A stretch of 64,000 nucleotides of DNA from Amphiscolops sp. MND2022 (taxonomy: Eukaryota): NCBI GenBank assembly GCA_964187785.1, contig OZ076409.1, positions 68,698,001-68,762,000 of the forward strand, read 5' to 3'. This document shows, piece by piece, positions 42,801-54,800 of the stretch. Both the position numbers and the translations under genes were made by a program. The notes under the pieces were generated by a model. That model saw only the letters and a program-made list of their open reading frames with translations. It was not told where the DNA came from and made no database searches. The stretch's first letter is position 1, and each line of letters starts with the position of its first letter.

Positions 42801-45800
42801 TCCTAATATATAAAAACCCTAAATTTAAGCATTTTTTCCAAAAAAATCGATAAAATTGGTGTTTTTTCACTATTAAAAAATAAAAAAATTTAAGCTCGTA
42901 AAATCATTAAAAAATTAATCTTTTTTCACAAAATACCAATCAAACCATCTAAAAATCAGCCTTTTTTAACAACTGAAAAATTAACAAAATAAAAATCGAT
43001 GCACAAATTTTCCAAAGAAACATTTGTCACAAACCAAAATTGAACTAACCTCCATCGACGTATAATAGACTTATTACCACATCGTGAAGAAAAAATAAAT
43101 ACTTACCAAATGCGTTCAAGTAGAAAACACAAGTGTCCAAATTGAAAACGAGTTTTTTTCTTCATTTTTACCCATTAAAAAATTACATATAAAAATTCAT
43201 GAACTCATTTTTCATTATAGATAAATTCACGGATGCGCACAAGTGGACACCACAACTGTTGGAAAAATTACCACCATATAAATTTCAAACAGAATTTCAC
43301 GCACCAGACGGTCGTCTGACCTTGAGGTGCATTCGGAATGCACCAAAATTTCATTTTTCACTTTTCTCTCTACAGTCACAGCAAACAGCATGGCCGAAGA
43401 AATGAAACTGACAAAGAGACTTTTTCCATTCGGACTTTCACTCTTAAACATGTAGAGATTACTAATAGATCAGGAAAAAAGCCATAACTCAACGAATATT
43501 TGAGTTACAACAAAGTATAATATACCATTGAAAAGGTCTTGACAAGGGTTATCTATCTAGATACAATTAAAAAACCTAGACTGAAACTATACCATCTGAA
43601 ACTTCGAAAAACCTGAAACCCTTAAACAAGTAGAGATTATAAAAGTTCAACATATCACAGTGTATGATACATCATTGGAAAGGTCATAAAAAAGAAATCA
43701 TAGATGGTGATTATCTCCATGATCGGACATCCTCAGCTGAAACTATACCATCTCAAACCTGAAACCCTTAAACATGTAGAGATTATAAAAGTTCAACATA
43801 TCACAGTGTATGATACATCATTGGAAAGGTCTTGAGTTGGAGATCACAGATTTTGAATATTTTCATGATTGGGTACCCACAACTGAAACTATACCATCTC
43901 AAACCTGAAACCCTTAAACATGTAGAGATTATAAAAGTTCAACATATCACAGTGTATGATACATCATTGGAAAGGTCTTGAGTTGGAGATCACAGATTTT
44001 GAATATTTTCATGATTGGGTACCCACAACTGAAACTATACCATCTCAAACCTGAAACCCTTAAACATGTAGAGATTATAAAAGTTTAAGATATTACCATG
44101 TGTGATACATCATTGGAAAGGTCTTGAGTTTCTGATTACAGATTATAAAAATTTTCTTAAATGAAATATTTATCATTCAAATCTGTGGCAAATTTTAATA
44201 CCTTACCACCACAAAATTAAAATATTTTTCACCAATTTTTTGAAAAATTATAATTGAAAAATTTTTAATTAAACTATTTTTTCTTTAATAAATAGAAATG
44301 GAGAATTGTAGTATTTGTAATTTAAATTATAAAAAAGCTTTCAAGTCTGATCATCTAAAATCAGTAAAACATCTTGAAAAATTAAATCAATATTATTGTA
44401 AAAAAATGTAATTTATATATGCCTATCTCAGATAAAAGTTCTCATTTAAATTCAGATGAACATAAAAACCGCATCAATAAAATATGGTGTGAAGATTGTA
44501 GTAAATATATATCTGATACAACAAGACATTTCCAAAGTGAAATTCATTTACAAAACCGTCAACAAAACGGTATGCAAAGCCAGCGAAGCTGTATTACAGA
44601 TTTCGGTACAGCTTTGCTGCCCTCCGGTAATGGAGTAAATATAATTGTGAATGAAAACACATACAATAAACTGAAAATAAATCCAACTGAAAATCTTGAA
44701 AATCGTATAAAAGAATTAATAAGTAAAAGGTACTTTCCTCGATTTAAATATCAATTGAGTTATCTAGCTAAATTTTCAAAAATAATCAATGGAGAAGAAG
44801 TATTTAAAAGATGGATAAAATCAGATCTAATATATAATCATACACAACAAGATACTCATAACACATTAATACAGAAATTAGATGATGAACAATTAGAAGG
44901 ATCAGGTTTTGTGTTTCAAGAAATAGAAGAAGTTATATTAGAAATATATAAAGTTAAGGATATTCAAGCATCTTCATATATTGAGTTACCACCAAAATAT
45001 AAAAACAGCCAATCAATAATAAATATAAAAAATAATGATCAATTTTGTTTTCTATGGTGTATATTAGCATATTTATTTCCAGTTGAGAATAATAAAAATA
45101 TAACATCGAGTTATTCAAAACATTTTGATAAATTCAACCTAGAAGGTTTAGAATTCCCTATGAAAGTCAAAGATATTCCCAAGTTTGAAAATTTAAATAT
45201 CGGACTGTTTATAAATGTATTCGAACTCACAGGAAATGTGCTAACACCAATCCACGTTAACAAAAATTACTTACAACCACAAATAGATTTATTATTATAT
45301 CAAAATCACTATTGTTTAATAACAAAGTTGCATTGTTTAATAAATAAAGATTCACACATGAAACATGTATGTAGAAGATGTTTAACAGCATTTAGTTCAC
45401 AACCAGTTCTAATTGATCATATGCAAAGATGTATAAAACAACAACCAACTAAAATCACATTCAGTTGGAAGAATCAGTTAAAGTTCGAAGATTATTATAT
45501 GAAAGTTTCTGTACCAACAAGAGTATATGCTGATTTTGAATGTATCAATCAACCTCAAAATACTCCCAACGTGTTATTCAAACAAATTCCAATTGCAGTA
45601 GGATATTATGTAATTTCACCATTCGGAAATTATTACTATTCATACTTTGGAATAGATTGTACCACGTGGTTTGTAAATAGAACGTTAACTTTAGAAAAAA
45701 TTGCAAATAACTATTTTAAAACAAACTTAGAATTACAAATAACTCCTCAAGAGGAAGAATCATTTCAACTTGCAGAAGAGTGTTGGCTTTGTGAAAATCC

Positions 45801-48800
45801 ACTCGATGATACTAAGGTTAGAGATCATGATCATCTAACAGGAAAATACAGAGGAGCAGCTCATAATATATGTAACATAAATTGTAAACAAAGGTCATCA
45901 AGTTTTGTTCCTATATTTTTCCATAACTTTTCGGGGTATGATTGTCATCTTATATTTGAAGAACTTTTAACCGAAGCATACAATCAGAATTATAATCCAA
46001 CAATAATTCCAAAATCACTGGAAAATTATGTTAGTGTACAAGTAGGTTGTTTGAGATTCTTAGATTCATACCGATTTCTTTCTTCCAGTTTAGATAAATT
46101 AGTTAAGAGTTTAGATAATTTTCCTATCATGAAATTGGAAGGAATGAGTGATGATTTATTCAAAAAGAAATTAGCTTATCCTTATGAATACTTAAATCTT
46201 GATAACTTTCAGGAACCATTAAATCTAACCAAAGAAGATTATTGGTCAACATTAACACAATCCTATCCATCAGATGATGATATAAAAAGAACCCAAGAAT
46301 TAATTGATAAAAATAAAATTGAAAATGGAAGAGAATTAACAATGTTATATTTAAAAATGGATGTTCTTCAATTAGCTGATGTATTTGAAAACTTTGTGGA
46401 AAGTTCTACACGAGAATATAAAATTAATCCTTCGTATAGTTACTCTCTACCTGGTTATACATGGAAAGCAGGATTAAAGTTGACTAATATGAAATTAGAT
46501 TATATAAAATGTAAAGAATTATTATTACTTTTAGAAAACAATATACGTGGAGGAATTTCAAGTGTTATGGGAGATCGTCATGTGCAATCTGATGAAAATA
46601 AACAAATCTTATATATCGATGCAAATAATCTATATGGATGGGCAATGAGTCAATACCTTCCTACTGGAGACTTTAAAAAGATAAAGCTCTGTTGTGAATA
46701 TGATTCTGTACTGATGAATGAAATTAAAGAAGACATTTTCAATACACCAGATGACAATGAATTTGGATACTTTATAGAATGTAACTTAGAATATCCAGCT
46801 GAAATTAAAGAAAAAACAAAAAACTTTCCTTTTTGTCCGTATCAAACAAAAGCAGATCCAGACTTATTCTCAGCTTATATGAATAATGTAAATCAACCTA
46901 ATTACAAACCAACATCAAAACTTATGTGTGATGTAACCAATAAATCGAAATATATGATACATTATAGGATGTTTAAGTTTTATCTTAACCAAGGGATGAA
47001 AGTAACGAAGATACATACTATCTATAAGTTTAAACAAAGTCCATGGTTAGGTAAATATATCGATCATAATACTCAGAAACGCACAGTAGCGAAAACAAAC
47101 TTTGAAAAGGATCTTTATAAATTAATGAATAATGCTTTCTTTGGTAAGACTATGGAAAATGTAAGAGATAGAACCAATCTAGAATTCATTGATCATTCTC
47201 AAATAGATCAAATAATAAAAAGACAATCCAAGTTAAGTTTCAAAGGCATTGTGGATCATTATTCTAAGTTTAGTGTGTACAAGTTTGATAAAGAAAAACA
47301 GTCTTTGATAAACCAATTTATTTGGGTTTTACAGTACTAGAACTATCAAAACTATTAATGTATGAATTTTATTATAACAAATTACAACCATATTGGAAAC
47401 AATCCATACAACTACACTACATGGATACAGATTCTTTCATACTTAGTTTTGATACAAACCACCAAGAACTAATAAACTTTTTACAAGAAAACAAAGATGA
47501 ATTTGATTTCAGTGAATTGGATAAATCACATGAATTATATAATCCTATTAACAAAAAAGTTATAGGAAAAATGAAAATTGAAACAAGTCCAGTTTTGGTG
47601 TTAGATACCTTCACAGCATTACAATCAAAGTCATACTCTTTTAGTTATTATAATAATAATAATAAGAATAATAACATTCAAAAAGCGAAACAAAAAGGAA
47701 TACAAAAAGCTCCCAAATGTGAAGAATATCAGAATTCATTGTTTAATTCAGAAACATCAAGTTCTACAAATATATCAATTAGATCTAATTTACACAACCT
47801 TACAGTTGAAAAACAAAACAAACTAGCTTTGAATCCTTTTGACGATAAACGTTTGTATATAAATCCAATACAAAGTTTACCATGGGATAAACACACACAA
47901 AAAGGTGATTGTCCTTGTATATATTGTTTGAAATTAATTGGTTTGTATTATAAAGATTTAACTATAAATGTTGACGGTAGCAAGAAAACAGATGAAGAAA
48001 TTTATTTCAATGTTTGGAATTGGAAACAAGCACTCACCCATCAACAACTTGTGAAGTTGATAAGTGATCGAGCACATGTTTTATAAAAATAAATATATTA
48101 TTTTATAATTATTATTATTTATAAAAAGAAATTTATTTATCATATCAGCAAAGCTGAATTATTATATTTTTTAAATAAGGAATCTCTGATATCATTTTAT
48201 ATTATTTTTAAATTATTTTATTTATTTACTGAAAGAGCTTTGCTTATAATAAATCAAAATGCCTTTGTCCATCACTACTGATACTTATCAGTTTAGGTGT
48301 TAGGACTAGGGCATAAGCTATATAGTCTGCTACATCAATGGCTGCATTAAATATAAATTCTAATCAAATAGGTTGACTCCCGATGGGGTCTTTTTGTTTG
48401 GATAAATCAAATACATAAAAATTATAATTTGATCTGAATTTGTGCAAATCAATAAATGGATTGAGTAGATTAGTTTCACTTTTTAACAAATAGAAGTTTT
48501 CAATTTCACTGTATGCTTGATCATATTTGTCTCTATCATAATCACATTCTATTCCATCATCGGGATATTTTTCTGATCCTATTTTACAAACTGCATTTGA
48601 AACAGGTAAACGATCAAATATTGCATTATCATGTGTTTGTGAATCAATTTTATTTCTAGCTTGAAAAGCAACAATTACAAAAGTTGGTGTTGATTCTCCA
48701 CTATTACCTAATTCAAATGTCCAATTATTATTCGTGTTAACATCTTTTCTAAATACAATCCGTTCCATGTAAAATAATTCAGTTGGATCTTTGTCTAATA

Positions 48801-51800
48801 TTTGATCCATCACGAGTTGTTGGTTTTCCATTGATGGTATGTAGTGTGGAATGTACCAGATGTCTTTTATATTTATTTTTGCAGCATCTACACCATTGTC
48901 CCTTATAATAGGATCATTATTATTATTTCGTTTTAATGTGAGACTGTAACCCAATCCATAAGTTATTTTTTCTTGATCAGCGAATCCAAACAAGTCTTTT
49001 AGTTTTATTCTCACAAAAAAGGTTCCTTTCTCTGTCTTATTGTTAGTTAGTTCTTGTCTTCTGATAGTAATACTTTCTTCAAACCCATACATCAATTGAG
49101 AAGTTTGTTGAGTGCTAGTTAAAAGTTTATACATCAATGAAATTGGGTGTAGATTATCAACTTTTTCTAAATGTTTACCTGAACTAGTTGTCAGCTTAGC
49201 TTCACTAAATAAAGCAACGGGTCCAAAATTAACTAAACTTATTTGATCACCATCTGCGTATCTTGTATCATCATTTTTAAGAACTTCAAATTCTAATGAT
49301 ATGTATGAATTTTGTAAACAAATATATGCATCTTCTCTTGGGAAGATGATGGAAATGTTTGAATTATTATTGTTGATTGTAGCTAAACTACTAGGTGAGT
49401 ATTTAATAAAATCAATTTTATGAATAGGTTTATCCATAGCATATTTATTTTTCAAAGAAAATTATTCCATTTATATAGAAAAAAATATTCATTTTTTCTA
49501 CAAATCTTCGGTTTGTAAAAGAATAAATATTCATGATGATGATTTAAAATTTATACTGATTTTATTTTTACTAAATAAATTTATCCTAAAAAAGTAAACT
49601 CAGAATTGAGTTTAGTTTTATTTGTTTTATATAGATCGTAAGTTTGTTTTAATTTGTTGTATTCACTCAGATCAATTTTATTATCTTCTAAACATTTTGA
49701 ATGTAGTTTTTGGTAGTCGTGTAGTGTTCTACCAGCAAGAGTATATTTTTTAATATTGTGTTGTTCTTTTCTCTTCAGGTACTCTCCAGCAATTTTACTG
49801 ATTATACATAAACCTGCACCTATACCACTTGCTATAGGTACAACAACAAGTCCAACTCCTGTGACACTTAACGTGACACATGTTGATGATACTGCTAGTA
49901 CTGAAACTCCATCAATAGATTGAATTAAACCGTTTATAATTTTATATATTTTAGATTTCTTTTTATACTTTTTAGCTTCATGATTATAAAAATTTTGAAT
50001 ATCTTTTATATTTTGAATTGAATTATTAAAACTATTTATTTCTTTTAATCTAAGATCAAGATTCTGATCTTGTTGTAAACATGGGTACAATTTTTCACTC
50101 ATTTATTTTAAATAAAAACTTAATTTTAGTTTTCAAAAAGTATGAAATTTATCTCAGTATCGGTTAGTTTCATTCTATATTTAAGGTCAACTATATCTTT
50201 GTATTCATCTTTCTTTAAGCACTTCACGATATCTTCTCGCGTTGAATAGTCTAAATCAGATAAATAATACACACCATCTGATGTCTTTATTTCTTTTCCG
50301 TATTTTTCCAACAAGTATTCATCACTAAAATATAAGTACTCATTAAAGATTTGGTCTTTATTTTCAAATGAGTCAAACAATCCTTTGTTGTACAATAGTT
50401 GTATAACATCTTTGATGGTTTGATTTTTACATTTTTCCAATTCCGAAATAAGGTTTCTCTCAAAATGATTACGTAAAATGGTTTGTTGTTCTTCCACTAA
50501 CTTGGCAGCATCCAAAATTATTTCTTTTTTCTTTTCTAAAAATTTATTTTTAATATCTTGTTCTAAATATTTCAAATTTATTTTTATATCTTCTATACTC
50601 TTGTTAATGTCTAAGAATAACTTTGCATTGACTACGATTTGTGTTTCACCGTTGTCAAATATAATTTCTTGTAGGTTACCGAAGGTGCTTTGCATATCAA
50701 AATTTTCTAAAGTATTAGACAAATCATTAAGTTTCAAGTTAATTAATTTGGTTTGTGATTCCAATTCTTTTTCTAAATTCCCAATCTTGTCTTTTTGTAA
50801 GCTTTCGGCACTATAACCAAATTTATGAATTGACATTATTTATTTAAATATAATTACTCATAACGATGGAAAACATTCATACTTTCTAACGTTTTGTTGT
50901 TAGATTCAAAGTTGAATACACTTCTTAAAAGTTCTTGTTCATAATACTTTCCTTCTATTTGTTCGTTGTTTTCATCTACTAAACCATACGTAACTGGGTT
51001 AGTTGGATTAATTTTATGTATTTTAAAAAGTTCTCTATTCCAATTTGTTGTATAACCTTTACTATATAAATTGCGTTTATCAGGAACTCTTACATAGTCT
51101 CCCACTTGGAATTTGGGTTGTTTACGCAAAGCGCCTTCGGTGTTTTTAAACTTATTACGCAGAGCGCCTTCGGTATTGTTAGGTATTAGTTTTTGATTAG
51201 TTGACATTTCAAATGGTGTCATTTTTATTGTTCCATGCACACGATTATTATATTTTTCCATAGCAGCATCAAGGTGATTCAACCAACAAGCTTTACCTTC
51301 AATATACATTGGTTTTTTTTTTATTAGATCTAATAATGTTCTATTGAAGCGTTCAACAAAAACTGCTTTTAAATCTGAATTAGTTGAATAAATTTGAATT
51401 TCATTTTGATTAAAAAAATCTAAAAATGTTTTATTATAAAACTCTTTACCTCTATCTGACCAAATTTTATCAGGTTTTCTTTTTGCTTTTTCGATAAGAC
51501 TTTTTAATGCAGTTGTAGTACTTTTTCCTGATTTATCTTTGAGGGGAATTGCCCATGCATATTTAGTATGATTGTCAATTATTGTAAAAATGAACTTGTA
51601 GTTTTTGTTGTATTTGCTTAAACTTGAGCGATCGAACTTGCTTAAATTAAATCGATACTCCAACACTCATCTTTATAGTGAGTTTGTATTTGAATTCTTT
51701 GAAACTTCTTGATTACAGGAGAGAAAATTTCTTTAGCAATTTCTTTCTTCTTTTCACTCATTTATTTCCTAATAAATGAATAAAAATTTTTATATAGGTT

Positions 51801-54800
51801 TATTATGTGTAATTTTTATTATAGTTTTATATATTTATTGGTATTATATTAAACCTAATTATTATAAAAAATTATACCAAAAACTAAAACAATTCAAGGG
51901 ATTTAAATATTCTCATTTACAGCGAAGCTGCCCTCCGGTAACTAACAAAGAAGAACAAGAACTTACTCCACCAAATACAAATACAAATTGCCATATGTTA
52001 ATTTATGGTACTAGTGGATCAGGTAAGACTAGTTTCCTGAAGTATTATTTAGATCAAACTAAAACAAATTTTATAGTATTCGGTAGAGATGAGACTGAGT
52101 TTAAAGATAATTATATACCTTTGTTACAGTTAGAAAATATTGAAATAGAGAAACTTGCTAATAGAACTATAATTTTAGATGATGCAGGAGCATTCAAACA
52201 ACTCAGAACTAAAGTAGAAGACTTATTTCGGTTTGGTAGACACAATAATATACAAGTTCTATACCTTGCTCACTATGCAAAGGATGTTCTCCCAATAGTG
52301 AGAGAGAATTGTTTTAAATTATATATCACAATAAATAATCCAGATAGTTTCTTTGAAACCATAATACAAACTTATTCAATCAAAGAAGATCTCAAATGGA
52401 AACAATATCGTAGTCAGTTAGAATTTGGTGTAATTGAATTTGATACTAGATCACAAAAGTATAAAATACTCAGTCAAAAGTATCAACTAATCTACGATAC
52501 AACTAAACATAAATGGAGTCCTGAAGATTATGTAAAATATGAAAGTTATTTCTTTACAGGTGAAGAATATAATAAACTTAAAATATTCCTAGAAGATATG
52601 TCAGATCAAACAATTGAAATAACACCTTTTAATGTAGCTTTTTATTATGTATATTATTGTAAACAAAATAAAATCAAAGTAAATGAATCTAAAATAGAAA
52701 ATTACGTTGAACGCATGCAACAACCACTAATTTCAGATCAACTTAAAGAGGAATTTAAGGAAATTATAATTGATCAAGCAATCAGGTTCAGTAAAAGTAA
52801 TTTAAAAATGGGTCTGATTTCTTAGTAAAAAATCACTAAGCAAATTCACTAAGAGCATATATTTTTCACTAAGCAAATAAGGTTACACTTAAAACATCAT
52901 GCTCTTAGTGAATTTGCTTAGTGATTTAGTGATTTTTTACTAAATAAATGAAGTGTTTAATTTGTGGAAAAAGTAATGAAAAATCTGTCTGCTCCGATTG
53001 TGAGAATAAAAAAAGATGTAAAGTGTGTAACATACTGAAAACAACAAATGGTACAAATATAAATTGGTACAAATATAGAAACGGTAAATTGTATAGTACA
53101 TGTATAGAGTGTTTCAATAAAAAAGTAAAATGTGAATTCTGTAATAAAGAATTCAATACAACTTATTTATCAAAACATTTAAAAAGATGTAATATCAATC
53201 ATGATAATACAAATACCGAAGGCGCTTTGCGTAATGAAATTATAAATCATAATGAAAATCATGATAATAATAATTATACAAATAATATTATTACAAATGA
53301 TGATACTGATAATAATGATATTATGTTCACCGGAGGCCAGCAAAGCTGTAATCGAACATTGATAGTTGGTCCATCATTTTGTGGTAAGACCCATTTGTTA
53401 TTAAACAAATTACAATTAATTCGTTTAGATAATCCTGAACAAAAGATATGTATCATTACGAGGAGTCCGGAACAATACAATAAAATTGAAATAGAAGATG
53501 TTTCAGTGGAAGAAGATTTAGGTGATAAAAGTATTCAAGATTTTCAAAATTGTTGTGTTGTATTTGATGATATGTTAGACTCCAATCAGAAATTAATAGA
53601 TCCATTTTTTACTAGGGGAAGACATAATGATCTGGATGTTTATTATTTATCACAGTCATATTTTGATTTACCTAAAAGAACAATTAGAAACAATAGTAAT
53701 ATTATAATTTTATTTCAACAAACATTGAAAGATGTAGAACACATTTATAGAGACATAGCAGGTTTTGATATGTCTAATGATGAATTCAAAAGTTTATGCA
53801 GAGAAGCATGGCGGGATAATTATAATTATTTATTAATAAATAGGTTAGAAGATAAAAATGGTAAAAAATACATGATATGTAATGAATCCAATCTGCAATA
53901 CCAGATATTTAATCCACAAACTGATCCTTTTTAGTAAATGTGCTTATAAGACCGAAGGTGCTGTGCATGTTTTGATGTTGATTTGTTGTAATGCATTGGT
54001 ACTGTAATAATTTATCTGCAATTGCTATAATTTGTTCATTAAGCATAGGGTTATCATTTCCTCCTACTTTTTCAAAATAAAGTAGTTTTAATTGATCTAC
54101 AAGCTCATCTGGATCAGATGGAAGAAAAATAAAATTTAATCCACTTCCCAATTGGGATTGTTGATCTCGATATGTGTATTGATTAATCAAATTTTTAATG
54201 AAATAATATCTCTTTGATTTTTTATCTCCATAATTTAGATCATATTTCATATCTTTTAAAAAATTATAAATTAGCTTCTCGTTTTGTATTTCTTTATCAA
54301 GCTGTGTATAGGTTATAAAATATGAAAGATCTGGATTGTTTAAATTGTACGTGTTACCATTCTCGAAAGTCATTGTCGAACCTTTGATTAATACTTGTTG
54401 AGGATTAGTAATAGGGTTAATTGTGAAAAAATTGGAACTTCCTTCCACGGGTTCTAAACTAAATTGACTTTTGTTGTTGTCATTAAGCAAATTAGAAACT
54501 GTCTTAACGATACTAGAATCAACTGTATTTGAATTAACTAAGTTAGTAAGAACTTGATTATTACGGTTAGAAATTTTATCATATTCTTTAACTGATTTAT
54601 GTAATTTTTTATTAAGAGTATTACTCGATTCTTGTATTGCTCTAGTTTGATCTTGTATTGCTTGTGTTGTAGTTTCTGTAGAATTTCGTAGTGCTTGTAT
54701 TTGCTTTTCGGAAAGTTCTTGTTGTTTACTCTGTTTTTCCGTTACGGGTTCAAAAACTTCTTCCATATCATAATGAAAGTCTTGCTTCCCTAGTTTCTCT

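Noticed and set aside
43440..44150. Possible CRISPR-like repeat-spacer array next to a polymerase and integrase (casposon-like)
   Set aside because: Whole 146-bp units repeat with no unique spacers, there is no cas1, and the integrase is rve-type.
47280..47345. Programmed ribosomal frameshift in pPolB
   Set aside because: A single missing A in a homopolymer explains it; similar A-run indels occur elsewhere in the element and no stimulatory structure is evident.
48364..48366. TGA readthrough, selenocysteine or alternative genetic code in MCP
   Set aside because: There is a second in-frame stop (TAA) at codon 3, and other element genes use TGA as a normal stop. Point mutation is simpler.
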